Of a stretch of DNA of 64,000 bases, positions 8,079 to 17,380 are shown piece after piece. The DNA comes from a bacterium (lineage in GTDB: Bacteria; Patescibacteriota; Minisyncoccia; UBA6257; JAUSGH01), in NCBI GenBank assembly GCA_030649055.1, contig JAUSGH010000001.1, positions 10,907 to 74,906 on the forward strand, read 5' to 3'. The notes beneath the pieces were generated by a model, which was not told where the DNA came from, did no database searches, and saw only the letters and a list, made by a program, of their open reading frames with translations. Each line of letters begins with the position of its first letter. Position 1 is the stretch's first letter. Made by a program: the position numbers and the translations under genes.

Positions 8079-9629
8079 ATGAAAAACTTTTCAAAACTGT
8101 ATTCCGCGGAACTTGACGGCATTGACGCGCGGCTGATTGAAGTGGAGACAGACGTGAATGTGGGGCTCCATAGTTTTGCCATCGTCGGACTCGCGGATAA
8201 ATCCATTTCTGAGGCAAAAGAGCGTGTGAACTCCGCGTTAAAAAATATCGGTGCCAAAGCTCCGAACCGCGAAAATCGGAAAATCGTTGTGAACCTCGCG
8301 CCGGCGGATGTAAAAAAAGTCGGTTCGCACTACGACCTTGCGATCGCCCTTGGGTATCTTTTGGCTACCGGTCAGATTGCGCCCGTTGATACGAAGAGCA
8401 AACTTTTTCTTGGCGAACTTTCACTTGAAGGAAATCTTCGGCCGGTCGGCGGGGTGCTGAACATGGTGCGCGCGGCAGCAGCGAAAGGGTTTGATGAAGT
8501 TTTTGTGCCAAGCGCGAATGCCCGCGAAGCGGCGATTGTGGAAGGCATCGCCGTGTACCCTGTTGTTGCCTTGCGCGAGCTCGTTTCGCATCTTGAAGGG
8601 AAGGCGGGGATTGAGGCGCAGCCGAAAACCGAAATCATGGACGCGACCACGGGTATGGTGGACTTCGCGGAAATTAAAGGCCAAGCGTACGGTAAGCGCG
8701 CGTTGACCATTGCCGCGGCCGGTGGACACAATATTTTTATGGTCGGCGCTCCCGGTGGGGGAAAGACCATGCTCGCGGAAGCGTTCGCCGGAATTTTGCC
8801 TCCGCTCACGACCGAGGAGGCGCTGGAGGTGACGCAAATATACAGCGCCGCCGGCATGCTTCGTGAGGCGCCATACATTTCCGCGCGGCCGTTCCGCTCG
8901 CCGCATCACACGGCATCTCCCGTGGCTGTCATCGGCGGGGGAACGAACCCACGCCCGGGTGAAATCAGCTTGGCGCATCGCGGCGTGCTTTTTCTTGATG
9001 AGATTCCGGAGTTCCGCCGTGACTTGTTGGAGGCATTGCGCCAGCCGCTGGAATCCGGAAAAGCGCATATTGCCCGCGCCAACGGCAACACCGTGTTTCC
9101 GGCGCGGTTCACGCTTGCCGCGGCAATGAACCCATGTCCTTGCGGCTACCATGGCGACGAAGAAAAGGCGTGTACTTGCGGCGCGCATGAAGTGCTCCGC
9201 TATCAGAAAAAAGTATCCGGTCCATTGCTTGACCGCATTGACATCCAAATCCGCGTGCCGAGAGTGAAACCGGAGGAGCTGCGCGCAAAACTTGTGTCCG
9301 GCGAAACAAGCGCGGAGGTCCGCGCAAAAGTCATTGCCGCGCGCGGAGTGCAAGCTGAACGGTTTGCGCGGCTGGCAGTGAAGGCAAAACACCGCCCTCG
9401 CGTGAACGCGGAGATGACTTCAAAACAGTGCGACGACTATATTGTATTTACCGCCGAAGCGGAAAAGTTTTTAAACACCGCGCTCAAAGGCGCCCAGCTT
9501 TCCGCCCGGGGATATTTCCGCGTGCTGAAGGTGGCGCAAACCATCGCGGACTTGGAAAACGCTGAGAAAGTTTCCGATGCACACCTCGCGGAGGCATTCG
9601 GGTACCGGCTACGGAATCAGGAGATGTAA
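8079..9629 (+). CDS. comM: Mg-chelatase-like AAA+ ATPase, YifB/ComM family
   Basis: Lon-protease-like N-domain, Walker A GAPGGGKT, CPCGYHGDEEKACTCG zinc motif. 516 aa. Confidence 0.85.
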   Translation: MKNFSKLYSAELDGIDARLIEVETDVNVGLHSFAIVGLADKSISEAKERVNSALKNIGAKAPNRENRKIVVNLAPADVKKVGSHYDLAIALGYLLATGQIAPVDTKSKLFLGELSLEGNLRPVGGVLNMVRAAAAKGFDEVFVPSANAREAAIVEGIAVYPVVALRELVSHLEGKAGIEAQPKTEIMDATTGMVDFAEIKGQAYGKRALTIAAAGGHNIFMVGAPGGGKTMLAEAFAGILPPLTTEEALEVTQIYSAAGMLREAPYISARPFRSPHHTASPVAVIGGGTNPRPGEISLAHRGVLFLDEIPEFRRDLLEALRQPLESGKAHIARANGNTVFPARFTLAAAMNPCPCGYHGDEEKACTCGAHEVLRYQKKVSGPLLDRIDIQIRVPRVKPEELRAKLVSGETSAEVRAKVIAARGVQAERFARLAVKAKHRPRVNAEMTSKQCDDYIVFTAEAEKFLNTALKGAQLSARGYFRVLKVAQTIADLENAEKVSDAHLAEAFGYRLRNQEM

Positions 9630-9632
9630 TCA

Positions 9633-9668
9633 AAAAGCCCCCGATGTTTTATCGGGGGCTTTTTGATT
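9633..9668. terminator. Bidirectional terminator
   Basis: aaagcccccgat-gtttt-atcgggggcttt followed by a T-run, between convergent genes. Confidence 0.7.
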
Positions 9669-9684
9669 TGATGTATAACATTAC

Positions 9685-10809
9685 CTACATTCCCAAAAAC
9701 GGCAGAATTGCTTTCAGTCCGTTGAATGATGTGGAGATGATGAGGTAGTTGCCGAAGATGCCGTAGTTGAATGACGCTCCGGGTTTTGTGAATGTTGCAT
9801 AGCGCGTAGGAACACCATTTACTTGCCCGGCCTTGAATTCGCCTTTCGCGCCCGGATCTTCAATGTAGAAAGGAGCAAGGTTAGCCGATTCAAGCCGGGC
9901 AAAGGTGGTTTGCGCGTCGCTCGGGATTGCCGAGGGCTTCAGCGCGGCAACGTACCCCGGCCAATGGCCGTTGTTGTCAAAATACGCGAAGCCGGAGAAA
10001 TCGTCGGCGATAAGATCTTTGATGGTGTTGGCGGCAAGTTCGGGTACGAGCGCGTTCAAGAAATCACCGAACGGAACTTGGCCGCCATTTGAAAAAACAG
10101 CGAGTTCGTCCATCACGTGCGGTGCGGTGTGATTCGTCACCTCGCGGACTGTCGCCGCCATAATTGCCTCGGCGGTTATTGAAGGAAGGTCGAGCTGTGC
10201 TTGTGATGGTAGCGGATTGGGAAAAAGGGAAACATGCGGCAGCGGTTGTGGCGCTGAAACCCTCGGCGTCACAACGGGCTCGGGTTCCGGCGCTTGCGGA
10301 GTGAATATAAGCGGGTAGACGACGTAATAACCCAAGAGTCCCAGCACGACGACGCCAACAATACTTCCGCCGATAATGGCGATAAGTTTTCCGGATGGGT
10401 TCCCTGAGATCGCAACGCCATCGGGAAGTTGACCAATGGTTCCCGGCGCAAACACGGGCGTTTCATCGTCCAGGTCTTCCAATCGGATTTTTTTTGCTTC
10501 AGCTCCGGCACCTCCTGATGCCGAAAGCGTTTCCGCGTCCGAGGTGAGCGAACGAATGCGTACTTCCGGTCCCGGCGGGGGAGGGGTTTTCATTTCAGAC
10601 GGCGCCATCGGCGTCGGAACAGTTGAAGGCATTCCGGACGGGGCAACGGGTGCCACGTGCTGAAAGTCGCGCGTCATCGGCGGCGGCGGAGGCGGAGTGG
10701 GTCGCGGAGGAACCAGCGGAGGCGGAATAGGACGAGGCGGGAAAGACGGCTGATTATTTGCTAATGACTTCGGCGGAAGATTATTAAGATTTGATGGGAG
10801 GTTGTCCAT
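9685..10809 (-). CDS. Hypothetical single-pass membrane protein with a Pro-rich N-terminus and an extracytoplasmic domain
   Basis: 374 aa. PPRPIPPPLVPPRPTPPPPPP tract, one TM helix (IAIIGGSIVGVVVLGLLGYYVV), C-terminal domain with no recognised motif. Confidence 0.6.
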   Translation of the reverse strand: MDNLPSNLNNLPPKSLANNQPSFPPRPIPPPLVPPRPTPPPPPPMTRDFQHVAPVAPSGMPSTVPTPMAPSEMKTPPPPGPEVRIRSLTSDAETLSASGGAGAEAKKIRLEDLDDETPVFAPGTIGQLPDGVAISGNPSGKLIAIIGGSIVGVVVLGLLGYYVVYPLIFTPQAPEPEPVVTPRVSAPQPLPHVSLFPNPLPSQAQLDLPSITAEAIMAATVREVTNHTAPHVMDELAVFSNGGQVPFGDFLNALVPELAANTIKDLIADDFSGFAYFDNNGHWPGYVAALKPSAIPSDAQTTFARLESANLAPFYIEDPGAKGEFKAGQVNGVPTRYATFTKPGASFNYGIFGNYLIISTSFNGLKAILPFLGM

Positions 10810-10810
10810 A

Positions 10811-10938
10811 CCCTGTGCTACAACTTCGATTTACCCTGTGCCACAACTTACATACGCAATTTTTGGAAGATACCTTACCTATTGAGGCGTTCGCAATGGC
10901 CATTTCCTCAATCACGTATGATTTGTTGTGGCACAGGG
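10811..10938 (-). promoter_or_regulatory. Structured 5' UTR element with mutually exclusive pairings at the start codon
   Basis: Three copies of a 14-mer. ccctgtgctacaac at 10811-10824 abuts the ATG. ccctgtgccacaac at 10834-10847 and its reverse complement gttgtggcacaggg at 10925-10938 can form alternative hairpins. A nested hairpin attgagg/cctcaat lies at 10881-10913. Confidence 0.5.
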
Positions 10939-11053
10939 TTTAAGTTTGTAATATACTTCAAGCATTTTTGAGATATCAACGCTTTGTTATAAATCCCAAA
11001 ATATCGCCTTGGCGTGCCCTACGATCGAAGTTGTCGCACGGGGCATATTTTTT

Positions 11054-11336
11054 ATTGTAACATAGAACCCATCTCAAAATATGCCTGGCCGCGATACTGG
11101 TCAATTTCGCCCGTCGCAAGGAGCGAGGACGAGAGTGTATCCACTGTGATACTCCGAGTCCGTTGCGACACTGCGACGGGCGAAATTGGCCGTATCCCGA
11201 AGGGTTGCGGTAGTTTTTGCACGATGCGGCGTTACTCCTCGGAGTTGTAGCGCTGGGGCTACAAACTCCTTCGTCGCGCCTTGCATCGTGCAAAAACTCC
11301 TCGCAACGCGGCTCAGGGATATTTTGAGATGGGTTC
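11054..11336. mobile_element. MITE-like element with 18-bp terminal inverted repeats and flanking TA
   Basis: TIR gaacccatctcaaaatat at 11054-11071 versus atattttgagatgggttc at 11319-11336. Flanked by TA on both sides (11052-53 and 11337-38). The interior holds nested inverted repeats (11093-11107/11162-11176; 11211-11226/11283-11296). No credible ORF. Confidence 0.45.
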
Positions 11337-11402
11337 TAATTGACGCCAACCCTCTATTCCTTTATATTATTATGCAGTGCAGGCAGCAACGGGAGGTGAG
11401 CG

Positions 11403-11747
11403 ATGACGTGGGAAGAATTTCTGAAGCCGGATCTCAAAGGGCGCGAGGCCGAGATCCGATGGGGTGTCGGGTCTGGCGAACGCGGGTGCATCGACAACAT
11501 CATCTACTACGCCAGGACCGGGGTCGTCTCTGTGTACTGGCGCCTCACCGCTATGCGCTGGGACGTGACAGCGCCGTGGCGGAAGGTGGGCGAGGAAAGG
11601 GGCGGTAACCTGGACGACCCCATCTTCCAGGTCGTCGGCGACCCGGAGAAGAAGGAAGACGGATCGGTGCTATTTCATTTTGGTGGTGGTGAGGTGGAGA
11701 TCTCTCCTCCTGAAGCCGACCGCCAGGCGAAGATCCTCTGTCCGTAG
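11403..11747 (+). CDS. Hypothetical protein (114 aa, GC-rich)
   Basis: Strong GGGAGG RBS 8 nt before the ATG. Confidence 0.5.
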   Translation: MTWEEFLKPDLKGREAEIRWGVGSGERGCIDNIIYYARTGVVSVYWRLTAMRWDVTAPWRKVGEERGGNLDDPIFQVVGDPEKKEDGSVLFHFGGGEVEISPPEADRQAKILCP

Positions 11748-11775
11748 GCAGCCGACGGTTGGTAGTAGTACAACG

Positions 11776-11830
11776 CGAAAACGCAAAGGCCCCGGTGGTA
11801 AATCCATCGAGGCCTTCTACGTTTTACGGA
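11776..11830. terminator. Imperfect long hairpin between convergent genes (candidate terminator)
   Basis: gaaaacgcaaaggcc ... ggccttctacgttttac imperfect inverted repeat. Confidence 0.35.
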
Positions 11831-11854
11831 TCAACTAGGGCTGTCATCCACGCG

Positions 11855-13966
11855 CTATCCCCGCGATTTCTCTTCCTGCCCCATGGCTTTCAAGGATAAC
11901 CCGATCTTCCCATGTTCGGAGCGGACAACTTTCACGCGCACGTGGTCGCCAAGTTTCAATACCTCCGTCACTGTTTTCACGAACCCCTCTTTCAATTCGG
12001 AGACGTGAATCATGCCGTCCTGGTCACCACCCAAATCCACAATCGCGCCGAATTCCAGAATCCGCACCACGTTGCCTTCCACGATATCACCGACTTTATA
12101 TTCCTTGGTGATGCCTTCAATTTCGCGCTTCGCGGCTTCGGCGATTTCGCTGGAAGCACCAGTGATGTACACGAATCCGGTCTGGTCAATGTCAATAGAC
12201 ATGACGCCGGTCTTGGCGATGATGCCGTTAATCATTTTGCCGCCAGGCCCTATGATGAGCCCGAACTTCTCCGGATCCATCGGCATGATGATGATTGCCG
12301 GCGCGTACTTGGAAAGCGTGGCGCGTGGCGCCGCAATTGTCTTCTCCATCGCGCTTAAGATGTGCAAGCGCGCGGCTTTTGCTTGCGCCAAGGTCTTCGC
12401 CGCCATCTCCACCGTGAGTCCCTGGATTTTCACATCAAGCTGAATGGCGTTCACGCCGTCGCGTGTACCAGCGATTTTGAAATCCATGTCGCCATAGTGG
12501 TCCTCCGGCCCCTGGATGTCCGTCAGCACTTTATATTCGCCGTTCGCTCCGGTCATGAGTCCCATCGCGATACCCGCCGCGAGTTTTTTCATCGGCACAC
12601 CCGCGTCCATTAAGGCCATTGAGCCGGCGCAGACCGTTGCCATGGACGATGAGCCGTTGGACGAAAGAATTTCCGAAACCAAACGGATGGCGTACGGAAA
12701 TGTTTCCTTTGACGGAAGCAAATTCACGATGGCTTTTTCCGCCAACGCGGCGTGCCCGATTTCGCGCCGTCCAGGTCCGCGCATGGGGCCCGTTTCGCCG
12801 ACGGAATATTTCGGGAAGTTGTAGTGCAAAAGGAAGCGCTTCTTTCCGGAGAAATCCATCGTCTCAACAAGCTGCTCGCCGGACGGCGGCGCAAGCGTCA
12901 CAACCGCCAATGCCTGTGTGTTGCCGCGGATGAAGAGCGCGCTACCGTGGAGGCGTTCAAGCACGTGTGTCTCGGTGTAGAGTTCGCGCACCTCGTCCAG
13001 TTTGCGGCCGTCCGGACGGCGCTCTTTGGTCAAAATCTGTTCATGGACAAGTACATCAACCATGTCCTCAAACAAGTGCTCCGCCATGCCGAGCGCCGCA
13101 GCGTCCGCCTCGCCTTCTTTCAAATGCTCCATGAGTCCGTCGTGCACAGTCGCCATTTGCTCCTGGCGGGCAACCTTTTCTTTGGTGTATACCGCGGTTT
13201 CAATTTTATCTTTCAGGTATGCCGCGACTTTCTTTTTCAACTCCTCGTCCGGTTCCACGAGCGGAAGCGCCGCTTTCGGTTTGCCGATTTCTTTCACCAT
13301 TTTTTCCTGCAGCGCGACAAGCTTCGCGATTTCTTTTTGCGCGAGGGTGAATCCTTCCACGGTCGCGTCTTCCGATGCTTCGCGGCCTTCAAGCTCAATC
13401 ATGTTGATGCGGTCTTTCGTTCCCGCAACAAATGCATCAAATTCCGGCTCAATCACGTCGGGGAGCTTTGGGTTGACCTGCAAGGCGCCGCCAAGACGCG
13501 CGATGTTTACTCCCGCGACCGGTCCGCCCCACGGAATATCCGAAATGGCGAGCGCGGCAGACGCGGCCATGAGCGCCGCGAAGGGATGGTCGTTTTCTCC
13601 GTCAAAAGAAAGCACGGTGAGAATCACCTGGATTTCACGGCGGATACGTTGGTCAAACAACGGGCGGATAGTGCGGTCAACGAGACGGCCGGCCAAAATG
13701 GCATCGTCCGGCGCCCTGCCTTCGCGGCGCATAAAGCGGCTACCGAGAATTTTCCCGACGGCATAAAAACGCTGTTCGTAGTCAACGGTGAGCGGCAAAT
13801 AATCTCCTTTTGAGGAATTTTTACTCATAACAGCGGTCGCCAAAACGGCGGTGTCGCCATAGTGGCAAATGACCGCGGCGTTTGTCTGCTCCGCGAGCCG
13901 TGAAACTTCAAGCGTGAGCGGTCGGCCCTGAAAATCTATCGTGAACGATTTTTTATTGAGATCCAT
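11855..13966 (-). CDS. pnp: Polynucleotide phosphorylase (polyribonucleotide nucleotidyltransferase)
   Basis: Two RNase PH domains, a KH domain and a C-terminal S1 domain (GDIVEGNVVRILEFGAIVDL). Start set at MDLNKKSF. Confidence 0.93.
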   Translation of the reverse strand: MDLNKKSFTIDFQGRPLTLEVSRLAEQTNAAVICHYGDTAVLATAVMSKNSSKGDYLPLTVDYEQRFYAVGKILGSRFMRREGRAPDDAILAGRLVDRTIRPLFDQRIRREIQVILTVLSFDGENDHPFAALMAASAALAISDIPWGGPVAGVNIARLGGALQVNPKLPDVIEPEFDAFVAGTKDRINMIELEGREASEDATVEGFTLAQKEIAKLVALQEKMVKEIGKPKAALPLVEPDEELKKKVAAYLKDKIETAVYTKEKVARQEQMATVHDGLMEHLKEGEADAAALGMAEHLFEDMVDVLVHEQILTKERRPDGRKLDEVRELYTETHVLERLHGSALFIRGNTQALAVVTLAPPSGEQLVETMDFSGKKRFLLHYNFPKYSVGETGPMRGPGRREIGHAALAEKAIVNLLPSKETFPYAIRLVSEILSSNGSSSMATVCAGSMALMDAGVPMKKLAAGIAMGLMTGANGEYKVLTDIQGPEDHYGDMDFKIAGTRDGVNAIQLDVKIQGLTVEMAAKTLAQAKAARLHILSAMEKTIAAPRATLSKYAPAIIIMPMDPEKFGLIIGPGGKMINGIIAKTGVMSIDIDQTGFVYITGASSEIAEAAKREIEGITKEYKVGDIVEGNVVRILEFGAIVDLGGDQDGMIHVSELKEGFVKTVTEVLKLGDHVRVKVVRSEHGKIGLSLKAMGQEEKSRG

Positions 13967-14118
13967 GGTTTGAGCGCGTTGGCGTCTCACCGGATCTCGC
14001 AGGTCAAGAATCAAGAATAAAGAATCAATTCACAATCGATTACTTATTCCTGGCTCCGACCGTTGCTATCTCGGCAATTCCGCTCGCGCAGTTATTTTTT
14101 AATTTTTTAATGTATGAC

Positions 14119-14697
14119 CTATACCTGACCTTTTTTTAATAATATCTTCGGAATGTCCTCAAGGGCGATAAACTCATCCGCTACCTCTTTTATTCTCGCA
14201 TTTGTACTGCGGCTGAATGCGGCAACCTCCACCGTGCGTCCTTTGCCCCACTTTAAGTATTCCACGAGCGGCACAAAATCGCCATCACCGGTCACAAGCA
14301 CCACTGCGTCCAAAAATTCCGCCATGCGAATGGCATCCACCGCCATGCCAACGTCCCAATCCGCTTTTTTCGCGCCGGAGGCAAAAATTTGGATGTCTTT
14401 CATGCGCAGCTCAATGCCCACACGGCGGAGCGCGTCAAAAAACGACGCCTCGGGGGTGAGTCCGGAGCTGCCTCGTCCCTCCGCTGGAGCTTGCACGGGA
14501 TGCGAGTCGTGTCCGCCTTCCACGTCGGATTTCACCACGTAGGCGATGGCGCGGATGAGTTTCCGCCCGGCAAGCAGCGTCTTTAAGAGCTCCTTATAAT
14601 TCACGCGTGAGCTGTAAAGATTCTTCGCCGAGTGATAAAGGTTCTGGATATCAATAAAGATTCCGACGCGCTGCTCTTTATTTTTGATTGCTGCCAT
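14119..14697 (-). CDS. NYN-domain (LabA-like) protein
   Basis: GIFIDIQNLYHS...VLVTGDGDFVPLV matches LabA/NYN PIN-like nucleases. Lies between rpsO and pnp. Confidence 0.7.
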   Translation of the reverse strand: MAAIKNKEQRVGIFIDIQNLYHSAKNLYSSRVNYKELLKTLLAGRKLIRAIAYVVKSDVEGGHDSHPVQAPAEGRGSSGLTPEASFFDALRRVGIELRMKDIQIFASGAKKADWDVGMAVDAIRMAEFLDAVVLVTGDGDFVPLVEYLKWGKGRTVEVAAFSRSTNARIKEVADEFIALEDIPKILLKKGQV

Positions 14698-14733
14698 AAA
14701 ATTTCTTACGTCCTACTTCTTACGTCTTATTTC

Positions 14734-14997
14734 TTATTTAAGCCCCAGCTTCTTTACTGTCGCAGTGTGCGCTTTGGCATCATTTTTTGCGAGATAGGCC
14801 AAAAGGCGGCGGCGCTTGCCGACCATCTGCAGGAGTCCGCGGCGGGAGGTGTTATCTTTCGGATTCTTTTTCAAGTGCGCCACGAGTTCGTCAATACGGC
14901 GGGAGAGAATGCCGATCTGCACGCCGGAAGAACCGGTATCAGTGTCGTGTATGGCATGCTCTTTTACGATGATTTTCTTTTTTCTTGGAGTTAACAT
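14734..14997 (-). CDS. rpsO: 30S ribosomal protein S15
   Basis: TGSSGVQIGILSRRIDELVAHLKKNPKDNTSRRGLLQMVGKRRRLLAYL. Confidence 0.93.
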   Translation of the reverse strand: MLTPRKKKIIVKEHAIHDTDTGSSGVQIGILSRRIDELVAHLKKNPKDNTSRRGLLQMVGKRRRLLAYLAKNDAKAHTATVKKLGLK

Positions 14998-15012
14998 ATG
15001 AGTTTTGGTAAT

Positions 15013-15064
15013 GGTTCGACTGTGCTCACCAAATAAATATTTCCTGAGCTTGTCGAAGGAATAC
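15013..15064 (+). repeat. Hairpin-plus-RBS intergenic repeat, copy A
   Basis: ttcgac-tgtgctca-ccaaataaatatttcc-tgagc-ttgtcgaa-ggaatac. Shares the core ataaatatttcctgag...tcgaaggaatac with copies at 16169-16220 (reverse) and 18833-18884. Confidence 0.6.
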
Positions 15065-15065
15065 T

Positions 15066-16160
15066 CTACTTTTTAAGTTTAAGAATAATGCGTTTCTCGG
15101 CGGGTTTCACTGTTGCAATATGGAACGTGTACGACTTGCCCAATTCAAGTTGCTTTTTCATTTCATCAACGCCTCCGAACTCCGACACGTGGATAAGGCC
15201 CTGGATATCCGCATCCAGCGCAACAAACGCGCCGAACGGATTGAACTTCGTGACGGTGCCTTGCACATCGGTGTCATCTTTGTATTTCTCCGGCACCTTG
15301 AGCCACGGGTCTTCCTGAAGGGCTTTGAGTGAAAGCGAAACGCGGCCGTCCTTGATTTCAAGGATTTTCGCTTTGATGGAATCATTCACTTTCACGATTT
15401 CTTTCGGGTTTTCAATGAGGCGATGGCTTAATTCCGAAATGTGGATAAGGCCTTCAATGTCCGGGTTGTCCGCGAAGCGTACAAACGCGCCGAAGTCCGC
15501 GACTCCCGAAACAATGCCTTCCACCATGTCGCCCACCTTATACTTCTCCAAAAGCTCCTTCACATTCGTGCTCATAGTCTCGCGCTCGGAGATGATGAGC
15601 TTGTTGGTGCGGGGATTGAGGTCAATGATTTTCACCTTCAATTCCTGACCGATGAATTTTTTGAGTTCCTCAAGAATCTTGCCTTTGTCGCCGTCCTCAA
15701 TGTGCGGATAGTGGTCCGGGGTCAATTGCGACACCGGCAAAAACGCTTTGACGTCGCCGATGGGGGCAATGAGTCCGCCGGAATTCGCCGCCGTAATTTT
15801 GACGGTAACAATTTCCCCGCGCTCCAACAGATTCTTGATGTCCTGCCACGCGCGTTGCTTGCCGGCTTCGGCGAGCGAGAGTTCGATATAGCCGTCGTCA
15901 TTTTCCGGATCAACGACCTTCGCGCTGACTTTATCGCCCGGCTTCAGTGCTTTCACGGCTTCCGCGGCGTTGGAATATTCGGCGCCGTACACAATGCCGG
16001 TGCCGAACCTGCCGAGATCAAAATAGGCGGACTTGGTTCCTTTGCTTAAAAATACTGCTTCAACGAGGTCGCCGTGCTTTAATGTAGCGAGCAGGCCAGA
16101 ATCGCCTTTCAAGAGCTGCGTAATGGGCGAATTCAACTTCTTCGGAATGGTAATGGGCAT
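15066..16160 (-). CDS. rpsA: 30S ribosomal protein S1 (four S1 domains)
   Basis: Repeated S1 motifs (GDMVEGIVSGVADFGAFVRF, GTVTKFNPFGAFVALD). 364 aa. Confidence 0.9.
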   Translation of the reverse strand: MPITIPKKLNSPITQLLKGDSGLLATLKHGDLVEAVFLSKGTKSAYFDLGRFGTGIVYGAEYSNAAEAVKALKPGDKVSAKVVDPENDDGYIELSLAEAGKQRAWQDIKNLLERGEIVTVKITAANSGGLIAPIGDVKAFLPVSQLTPDHYPHIEDGDKGKILEELKKFIGQELKVKIIDLNPRTNKLIISERETMSTNVKELLEKYKVGDMVEGIVSGVADFGAFVRFADNPDIEGLIHISELSHRLIENPKEIVKVNDSIKAKILEIKDGRVSLSLKALQEDPWLKVPEKYKDDTDVQGTVTKFNPFGAFVALDADIQGLIHVSEFGGVDEMKKQLELGKSYTFHIATVKPAEKRIILKLKK

Positions 16161-16168
16161 ATATATAT

Positions 16169-16220
16169 GTAGTCCTTCGACTTTGCTCAGGAACTATATA
16201 GTTGGTGAGCTTGTCGAACC
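16169..16220 (-). repeat. Hairpin-plus-RBS intergenic repeat, copy B (rpsA leader)
   Basis: The reverse complement reads ggttcgacaagctcaccaactatatagttcctgagcaaagtcgaaggactac and ends 9 nt before the rpsA ATG. The GAAGGA segment serves as the RBS. Confidence 0.6.
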
Positions 16221-16410
16221 ACTACAACCGTGAGGATGAAATTTACTTATAATGTCGCTTTTCGGCGCATCCCCGGCAGCCGATCCGCAATTACTCCAAA
16301 TGATAGCGGAGTCCGCTCAAAAATGCAAGCGCGTACTCTGTCATTGCGAAGGGCCGATAGCCATCGGCCCTGTGGCAATCTTACATTATAAAAACCCTAA
16401 AAATGGATTA

Positions 16411-16441
16411 GGGGCGGGTGAGCATTATACTCACCCGCCCC
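16411..16441. terminator. Strong GC hairpin terminator
   Basis: ggggcgggtgag-cattata-ctcacccgcccc, immediately downstream of the minus-strand gene 16452..17063. Confidence 0.65.
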
Positions 16442-16451
16442 CGTTGCTGTT

Positions 16452-17063
16452 CTACTGGCCGTTGTTGCCGGACTCACCGTTCCCGCCGCTCGTCGCCGCG
16501 GTCACGGGCTCGAGTGCCGGCTCGGTCGTCGCCAGAGCCGGTTCCGCCGCCGGCGTGGTCGTGGGCGGCTGCGTTGCCGCCGCGATCTGCGCCTGGAGCG
16601 CCTTGATGGTCTTCTGCGCGTTCGCCGCGCGTCCGTTCGCCTCGGCGAGCTTCCTGCGCGCCTCGCTGAGGTTGTTCTTCAAGTCGTCCTCCGCTCGCAA
16701 GTTCGTGTCCTTCAGCGCCTGAATCGTCTGCTGCGCTTTCAGCCGCTGGTCGTCCTTGCCGTGCTGGTAGGCCTCGTCCATGACGTCCCACAGGCTCTGC
16801 ATGGCCGGGACCTCTCCCGTGTTGGTGTTGATCGTCTGGCTCATGAGCCAGGAGAGGAGACCGTTGTAGTCGCCGACCTGGCGGATGACCTTCGCCTTCT
16901 TCCCGTCGAGCATCGTGATCTCGCTCCCCGGCACGTACTTGTGCGCGGGATTCTCGATGGTCATCGTGGGCACAAACTGCAGCAACCGGCCGCCCTCGTA
17001 CTGCTTGTGGGCCTCGCACCAGCCCGTCTCCACCACTAGGAACCGTCCAACCAAACTCTTCAT
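16452..17063 (-). CDS. Hypothetical coiled-coil protein with a Thr/Pro/Ala-rich C-terminal tail (GC-rich)
   Basis: AAGGAG RBS 9 nt before the ATG (MKSLVGRF). Central heptad-like region (LKAQQTIQALKDTNLRAEDDLKNNLSEARRKLAEANGRAANAQKTIKALQAQI). Confidence 0.5.
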   Translation of the reverse strand: MKSLVGRFLVVETGWCEAHKQYEGGRLLQFVPTMTIENPAHKYVPGSEITMLDGKKAKVIRQVGDYNGLLSWLMSQTINTNTGEVPAMQSLWDVMDEAYQHGKDDQRLKAQQTIQALKDTNLRAEDDLKNNLSEARRKLAEANGRAANAQKTIKALQAQIAAATQPPTTTPAAEPALATTEPALEPVTAATSGGNGESGNNGQ

Positions 17064-17309
17064 CACGACCCGCTCCTTTCCACCAAAATGGGTGAAACCA
17101 GATCTTTCGCGCAACCCGCCGAACGACGGATACTAACGCGAAATTAGATACAGTATACTCTTTCGCCGGAAAAAGTCAAGCCCCCATAGGCGTCGCGCTA
17201 ACGGCTCAACGGCGTATGCCCCGTTGAGCCGTTAAAAATTGAGGAACTAAGCGGCTTCTTAGTGTACCTTTTGCCCCACAAGCGGCAGGGTCGGCATCAG
17301 AAAGGAATC

Positions 17310-17353
17310 GTATATAAAAGGAAGCGGCCGCAGGTTTCAGGAACCTGCGGCCA
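17310..17353 (-). terminator. Intrinsic terminator for the Cys-rich gene
   Basis: gcggccgcaggtt-tcaggaa-cctgcggcc followed on the minus strand by a T-rich run. Confidence 0.55.
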
Positions 17354-17380
17354 CGGTGCTTGCGTCGTGCGCGTTGCGCA

